Below, one piece after another: positions 58,571-64,000 of a DNA stretch of 64,000 bases; the first letter of the stretch is position 1; every line of letters begins with the position of its first letter. The DNA comes from an uncultured Arcobacteraceae bacterium (GTDB lineage: Bacteria; Campylobacterota; Campylobacteria; Campylobacterales; Arcobacteraceae): the NCBI GenBank assembly GCA_964022095.1, contig CAXHZO010000004.1, positions 32,001 to 96,000 on the forward strand, given 5' to 3'. Under the pieces are notes generated by a model. That model was not told the DNA's origin. It searched no databases and was given only the letters and a program-made list of their open reading frames with translations. The position numbers and the translations under genes were made by a program.

Positions 58571-61087
58571 ATGGTTTTTAATAAAAAGAAGTTTTATACT
58601 CTAAGTGATATTAAAAATCAAATTATTTATACTCCTTTAATATTTGTATTTATAGTTTCTATTATCTCATTTGTATTAATTTTTATATTTCTAAATCATG
58701 AAAAAAAATCTAAAATTGATTTTTTTTCACAAAATAATAAGTTTGTACGAGAAAACTTATTAAAAAACTATATCACTAATATTAAGCATAATGCAAGTTC
58801 AAATTTTGATGACATAGAAATACAATTAAGTAACGCTGTTTATGAAGTTATGGGTTTTATTGATTCTAATGGTGTAAATACTTATATGGATATTGAAATT
58901 ATAAAAGATTATTTAGAAAAACTTGAAAACCAATATAATTTAGATTTTCTTTTATTTGATAACTTAAACTATAAAGTAATTTATGGAGAAAAAGTAATAA
59001 AACGATTGGATAAATTAACTAATTCAACTATTGAAATGGAAGAGTTTACTAATCGAATCTTAGAATATATAGAGTCTATTGGTACAGATAATCTGATGTA
59101 TTGGTTTGATACAAATAAAAGAGCAATTCAGTTAAGTTATGTAGAAAGACTGAAAAATATTTATTGGGTTGTAGGTAGTTTTTCAAAAGTTGATGATATG
59201 AAAGTATTAACTAATAGAGCTATTCTAGATTCAATTGTAAATAAAAGTAAATTAGTGAAAAATACACATTTTTATTTTTATGATGAACAAAACAATAGAT
59301 TATTTAATTATGATAATAAATCTAGTACAAAGTATGTAAATAAAAATGATTTTGAGCAATTAGCAAAAGATGATTTATTCCATAATTTTAATAAATATCA
59401 TTATAAAGTCTTTATTAAAAAATTTGATAACTTAAATGAAATAAAACAAATTAAAAAAGAGTTTAATTCAAAACTTATTATAGGATATTTAATAGTAATT
59501 TTATTAGCAGTTTTCTTTATAGTGGCTTCTAATATTTTTGGTCGATTTATAAATACAATATTTAATAAACATAATAAAAGATTAGAAAGAAGAAATTTTT
59601 TATTTAAAAAATGGAAAGAGCGATATGAACTTGCAATTATAGCTTCAAATGATGGTTTATGGGATATGAATCTAAATACAAATGAAATTTTCTTTTCAAA
59701 GAAGTGGCTAGAGATGTTTGGATATAAAAGAAGTGAAATTCAAACGTTTGATCAATGGATGGAAATTATTCATAAAGATGATAAGAAAAAAGTTCTAAAT
59801 GAGTATGAAACACATATAAATAAAAAAAGTGAACACTTTATTTGTGAATATAGAATAAAAAATAAAAGTGGAAACTATAAATGGGTGTTAGTAAGAGGAA
59901 AAGAGTTTAATTCAAATAGAATGCTAATGATGTCAATGAATATAGATAAAAGAGTTCAGTTAACAAAAGAGTTAAGGGAAGTAGAATCCTTAACTGAATT
60001 TGGTAGAATAGTAATCTTTAGATTAAACAATAACAAAAATTTTGATATTAAATTTGTCTCAAGAAGTATAAACAGATACGGATATAATGTAGAAGATTTT
60101 GAAAAGCAAAAAAAGAGTTTTGCAGATATTGTATATAAAGATGATTTATTATTATTAAGAGAAAGTTTAGAGAAAGCAATAAATGAAAATTTAAACTCAT
60201 TTACAAATATACATAGAATTATAGATAGAAAAAATGAAATAAAATGGGTATATAACAGAACAATTTTAATTAAAGATGATCATGGAAAAGTAACTAGTTT
60301 ATATGGATATTTAAATGATATTACAAAAATAAAAACAAGTGAAGAAGAGTTAAAACTGAAAGTAAAAGAAGAGGTTGAAAAAAATCTTGAAATGGATAGA
60401 TTATTAGTTCAGCAAAATAAATTAGCTTCAATGGGTGAAATGCTTGGAAATATATCTCACCAATGGAGACAGCCACTTAATAATATTAGTTTAATAGTAC
60501 ATTTTTTAAGAGATAGTTATGGGAGAATTACAAAAAAAGAATTTGAAGATAATGTAAAAGATGCGAAACTACAATTAGACTTTATGTCTCAAACAATCGA
60601 TGATTTTAGAAACTTTTATAAACCATCCAAACAACTTACAACTTTTGATATAAAAAAGACTATTAATCAAAGTTATAAGATTGTTGAAAAAGCTTTTGAA
60701 GAAAACAAAATAAAATTTGAGATTTTAGGTGAAAATATAGAAGTTAGAAATTATGAAAATGAGTTTGAGCAGGTTATTGTAAATATTTTAAATAATGCAA
60801 TTGATGCAAAAAAAATAAAATCAAAAGAAGTAGATTTTGATGCAAGAGTAAATATAAGTATCATTAAAAATGATAGAAAAGTTGAAATTTTTATTTTTAA
60901 TAATTGTGGAAATATAGATAAAAAGATTATTGATAGAATATTTGAACCGTATTTTACTACAAAGTTTGAAAATCAAGGTACAGGAATAGGTCTTTATATG
61001 ACAAAAGTTATAGTTGAAGAGAATATGAAAGGTTCAATAGAAGCTAAAAATATTGATGATGGTGTTGAGTTTAAAATCACAATTTAG
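58571..61087 (+). CDS. Sensor histidine kinase (2 TM, periplasmic sensor domain, two PAS/PAC domains)
   Basis: H-box ISHQWRQPL, N-box NILNNAID, FEPYFTTK, GTGIGL; PAS DGLWD and HRI motifs. Confidence 0.93.
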   Translation: MVFNKKKFYTLSDIKNQIIYTPLIFVFIVSIISFVLIFIFLNHEKKSKIDFFSQNNKFVRENLLKNYITNIKHNASSNFDDIEIQLSNAVYEVMGFIDSNGVNTYMDIEIIKDYLEKLENQYNLDFLLFDNLNYKVIYGEKVIKRLDKLTNSTIEMEEFTNRILEYIESIGTDNLMYWFDTNKRAIQLSYVERLKNIYWVVGSFSKVDDMKVLTNRAILDSIVNKSKLVKNTHFYFYDEQNNRLFNYDNKSSTKYVNKNDFEQLAKDDLFHNFNKYHYKVFIKKFDNLNEIKQIKKEFNSKLIIGYLIVILLAVFFIVASNIFGRFINTIFNKHNKRLERRNFLFKKWKERYELAIIASNDGLWDMNLNTNEIFFSKKWLEMFGYKRSEIQTFDQWMEIIHKDDKKKVLNEYETHINKKSEHFICEYRIKNKSGNYKWVLVRGKEFNSNRMLMMSMNIDKRVQLTKELREVESLTEFGRIVIFRLNNNKNFDIKFVSRSINRYGYNVEDFEKQKKSFADIVYKDDLLLLRESLEKAINENLNSFTNIHRIIDRKNEIKWVYNRTILIKDDHGKVTSLYGYLNDITKIKTSEEELKLKVKEEVEKNLEMDRLLVQQNKLASMGEMLGNISHQWRQPLNNISLIVHFLRDSYGRITKKEFEDNVKDAKLQLDFMSQTIDDFRNFYKPSKQLTTFDIKKTINQSYKIVEKAFEENKIKFEILGENIEVRNYENEFEQVIVNILNNAIDAKKIKSKEVDFDARVNISIIKNDRKVEIFIFNNCGNIDKKIIDRIFEPYFTTKFENQGTGIGLYMTKVIVEENMKGSIEAKNIDDGVEFKITI

Positions 61088-61103
61088 TTTAAAATATAGA
61101 TTT

Positions 61104-61112
61104 TGCTATAAT
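61104..61112 (+). promoter_or_regulatory. Extended -10 promoter (TGnTATAAT) for the response regulator
   Basis: TGCTATAAT overlaps the ORF-track ATG at 61111, implying the real start is downstream. Confidence 0.5.
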
Positions 61113-61140
61113 GGGAATATATTTGACAGAAAGAATGAAG

Positions 61141-61863
61141 ATGAATAATATTTTTACTAGAGTTTTATTGGTTGAAGATGAAGATATTGCTAGGAAGACT
61201 TTGAGCTTTTATCTTAGCACAATTTTTGATGAAGTTGTTGTTGCATGTGATGGAGAAGAAGGCTTTAGTCTTATAGAAAAAGAGTTTGAAAAAGAGAAAA
61301 ACTTTGATCTAGTTTTAACAGATTTAAAAATGCCAAATGTAGATGGTATGAATATGATCGATAAGATATTAGAGTTAGTTCCAAATCAAAGATTTATAAT
61401 TGTAAGTGCTCATAAAAATGAAGAAGATTTACTTAAACTTATAAATCTTAGAATTTTAGGATATTTTGTAAAACCATTAAACATTGATACTATGATGGAA
61501 CTTTTACAAAAAGCAAAAGATGAGGTTTTAGAAGAGAAAATAATGGAAGCTTCAATTAATACTAATCTTTTAAAACTAAATAATACATATACTTTTGATT
61601 TAGAAAGTAATAATTTATATGAAAATGATATTGTTATGAAGTTGTCAAAAAAAGAATCAGAGATACTAGATGTTTTAATTAAAAACCTTGGAAGTCTTGT
61701 TACTCTTGAAATGTTTAAAATAGAAGTTTGGAATGATGTAACTATTAGTGATTCATCTTTTAGAACTGTTATGAAAAGATTAAAAGATAAATTAAAAGAT
61801 GATGATTTTATAATCTCTCAAAAAGGCTTTGGTTATAAGATTGAAAAGACTTTATCAAAATAA
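61141..61863 (+). CDS. OmpR/PhoB-family response regulator
   Basis: VLLVEDE, LTDLKMP, VKP, LSKKE, RLKDKL, GFGYK; start at 61135 or 61141. Confidence 0.93.
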   Translation: MNNIFTRVLLVEDEDIARKTLSFYLSTIFDEVVVACDGEEGFSLIEKEFEKEKNFDLVLTDLKMPNVDGMNMIDKILELVPNQRFIIVSAHKNEEDLLKLINLRILGYFVKPLNIDTMMELLQKAKDEVLEEKIMEASINTNLLKLNNTYTFDLESNNLYENDIVMKLSKKESEILDVLIKNLGSLVTLEMFKIEVWNDVTISDSSFRTVMKRLKDKLKDDDFIISQKGFGYKIEKTLSK

Positions 61864-61872
61864 CAAAAGAGA

Positions 61873-63975
61873 TTAACTCTTTTGTTTTTTTACTCTACTT
61901 TTTTGAATAAAGTATAAGCCTACAATAATCCCTATCCCTAAAATATACGAAATATAATGTGTTGGTAAACTTAAATACTCTTCCATAATTTTTGGTAAGA
62001 ACATAAGTGGAACGGGTACTAAAAATAAGAATCTTTCAATAATATTTGTTTTTATTACAAAATATCCTTGTGTGAAACAAGAGAAAGATACCATCCCTAT
62101 AAACGCAGTTGTAAATATGATTAAAATTTCAACCGGATTTGTAATCCATATCCATCCACTTGGATTAGCAGGATTTAATTCGTCAACTCCTGATATTAGC
62201 AGCAGTTCTGGATTAAAGAAGAACATAAATGGTAAAATCGCCGTTCTAATATCATATTTAAATCCTTGAATACCTGTTTTAATTGGATCAGCTTTAGCAA
62301 TACCAGCAGCTGCATAAGCAGCAAGTCCAACAGGAGGGGTGTCATCTGCTAAAATACCAAAGTAGAACACAAATAAATGTGCTGCAATTGCTGGAATTAA
62401 GTATCCATTATCTCCTGCAAGTGTTAAAATAACAGGTGCAGTTAATGATGCCATTACAATATAGTTTGCAGTAGTTGGTAATCCCATTCCTAAAATAAGT
62501 GAGATAATAGCTGCTAAGAATAAAATTGCAAAGATATTTCCGCCTGATAGAGTTTCAACAACTTCAAGTAATACTTGTCCAAGTCCAGTTAGTGTAATAC
62601 TTCCAACAACAATACCCGCAAGTGCTGTTGCAATTGCAATAGGAACCATATTTTTAGCACCACTTATCATACCTGCTAAAATATCTACAAAACCAGAAAG
62701 CCATATTTCTTTTGTGATTTTTTCTTTTGCTAAGAAAGCTCTAAATGGATGCTGTACTACCATTAGAAGCATTAAAAGCATGATTGCATTAAAAGCAGCA
62801 CTTGCAGCACTCTCTCTTAATACCATAAGAGTATATAGCAAAAAGAATATTGGAACTAAATAGTGAATACCTTGAACAAATGTTTTCCATTTTGGAGGTA
62901 AGTCTTCATCGTCCATTCCTTTAAGACCAAGTTTTAATGCTTCTAAGTGAACTATATAAAATAGTGCAAAATAAGAAACAAATGCAGGAATAAATGCAGC
63001 TATAATAACATCAGTATAAGCCATACCTAAAAATTCTGCAATAATAAATGCAGCAGCTCCCATAACAGGTGGCATTAACTGACCATTAGTTGAAGATGCA
63101 ACTTCAACAGCTCCTGCTTGTTCAGGCCTAAATCCAGTTTTTTTCATAAGTGGAATTGTAAAAGTTCCTGTAGTTACTGTATTTGCAATTGATGAACCAC
63201 TCATAATTCCTGTAAATCCAGAAGCAACAACAGAAGCTTTTGCAGGACCTCCTCTAAATTTACCAAGCATTGCAAAAGCTAGGTTGATAAAGTATTCACC
63301 AGCTCCTGCTTTATCTAAAAGTGAACCAAATAGTACAAATAAAAATACAAATCCAGCAGATACTCCAAGTGGAACACCAAAAATACCTTCAGTGGTTAAG
63401 TACATATGTCCTGCAAGTTTATTTAAACTAGCACCTTTATGAATAATAAGTTCAGGCATATAAGGACCTAAAAAGTCATATGCTAAAAATACAATAGCAA
63501 TTAAACTAAGTGCAAAACCAAGTACTCTTCTACCTGCTTCAATTAATATGATAATTGCAAGAATTGCTAAGATAATATCTGTTTGAGTATAATCACCAGG
63601 TCTTAGTGCTAGTTCTTCATAAAAAACTGCAATATATGATGCAGTTGCAATTCCTAAAGCCATAAATGTATATCCAAACCATCTTACTTTCTTTAAAAAG
63701 TATGGTTTTTTAATCATTGGGTATATTAAAAATGCTAGCGCCATTGCAAAAGTTAAGTGAATAGATCTGGAAATAGTGGAGTTAATTGGTTCAACTACAA
63801 TATATAGCTGAAACATTGACCATGCTAAAGCAATAATTGAGATTATCCAAAATTCATAGTGCTGTGAACCGAAAACTCTTTGTCCTTCAAGCTCATTAAC
63901 TACAGCTTCTGTTTCATGAAGAGACTCTTCTTCAAGTTCAGACATTTTATGAGGTTTTTCTTCATAAATAGCCAT
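61873..63975 (-). CDS. TRAP transporter fused permease (4TM/12TM, TAXI-associated type)
   Basis: GGPAKASV, SGSSIAN, GQLMPPVMGAAAF, LGMGLPTTANY, DTPPVGLAA. Confidence 0.93.
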   Translation of the reverse strand: MAIYEEKPHKMSELEEESLHETEAVVNELEGQRVFGSQHYEFWIISIIALAWSMFQLYIVVEPINSTISRSIHLTFAMALAFLIYPMIKKPYFLKKVRWFGYTFMALGIATASYIAVFYEELALRPGDYTQTDIILAILAIIILIEAGRRVLGFALSLIAIVFLAYDFLGPYMPELIIHKGASLNKLAGHMYLTTEGIFGVPLGVSAGFVFLFVLFGSLLDKAGAGEYFINLAFAMLGKFRGGPAKASVVASGFTGIMSGSSIANTVTTGTFTIPLMKKTGFRPEQAGAVEVASSTNGQLMPPVMGAAAFIIAEFLGMAYTDVIIAAFIPAFVSYFALFYIVHLEALKLGLKGMDDEDLPPKWKTFVQGIHYLVPIFFLLYTLMVLRESAASAAFNAIMLLMLLMVVQHPFRAFLAKEKITKEIWLSGFVDILAGMISGAKNMVPIAIATALAGIVVGSITLTGLGQVLLEVVETLSGGNIFAILFLAAIISLILGMGLPTTANYIVMASLTAPVILTLAGDNGYLIPAIAAHLFVFYFGILADDTPPVGLAAYAAAGIAKADPIKTGIQGFKYDIRTAILPFMFFFNPELLLISGVDELNPANPSGWIWITNPVEILIIFTTAFIGMVSFSCFTQGYFVIKTNIIERFLFLVPVPLMFLPKIMEEYLSLPTHYISYILGIGIIVGLYFIQKSRVKKQKS

Positions 63976-64000
63976 GATGTATCCTTTGATTGTTTGTGTA

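Noticed and set aside
33643-61140. ORF-track upstream starts (33643, 35566, 36216, 39302, 55368, 56023, 61111)
   Set aside because: They extend into upstream genes or a promoter; downstream starts fit RBS position, stop-start coupling and family N-termini better

Overview
AT-rich Campylobacterota chromosome segment, most consistent with Arcobacteraceae (inferred from the epsilon-type nuo operon, futalosine-pathway mqnD, maf and short flagellins). Left to right: the end of an AAA ATPase, an L,D-transpeptidase-like gene, a 14-gene complex I (nuo) operon with two non-canonical genes in place of nuoE/nuoF, and a housekeeping block (SLT-like gene, mqnD, murB, topA, phosphoesterase, bioB, CPA2 antiporter; AMIN, ftsB-like, eno and recA on the minus strand). 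Next is an 18.5 kb, 17-gene flagellin-glycosylation island (26414-44980) ending in maf and converging on three tandem 282-aa flagellins. It is followed by trmA, a SUV3-like helicase, an ankyrin protein, glmU-coaBC-uppS-A24 peptidase-lptF/G-truA, a two-component pair and a fused TRAP permease. Two candidates stand out as new. (1) A duplicated, four-hairpin 111/115-nt leader precedes two of the three flagellins, with structure-preserving differences between copies and a 10-nt motif repeated on both sides of the start codon. (2) The glycosylation island lacks the usual Pse/Leg pathway and instead combines a KDN-like module, a dehydroquinate-synthase-like cyclase module, a Fuc4N acylation module, a sulfotransferase and two candidate protein glycosyltransferases. 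All calls come from reading motifs by eye; no searches or folding programs were run. I saw no rRNA, tRNA, CRISPR array or IS element.
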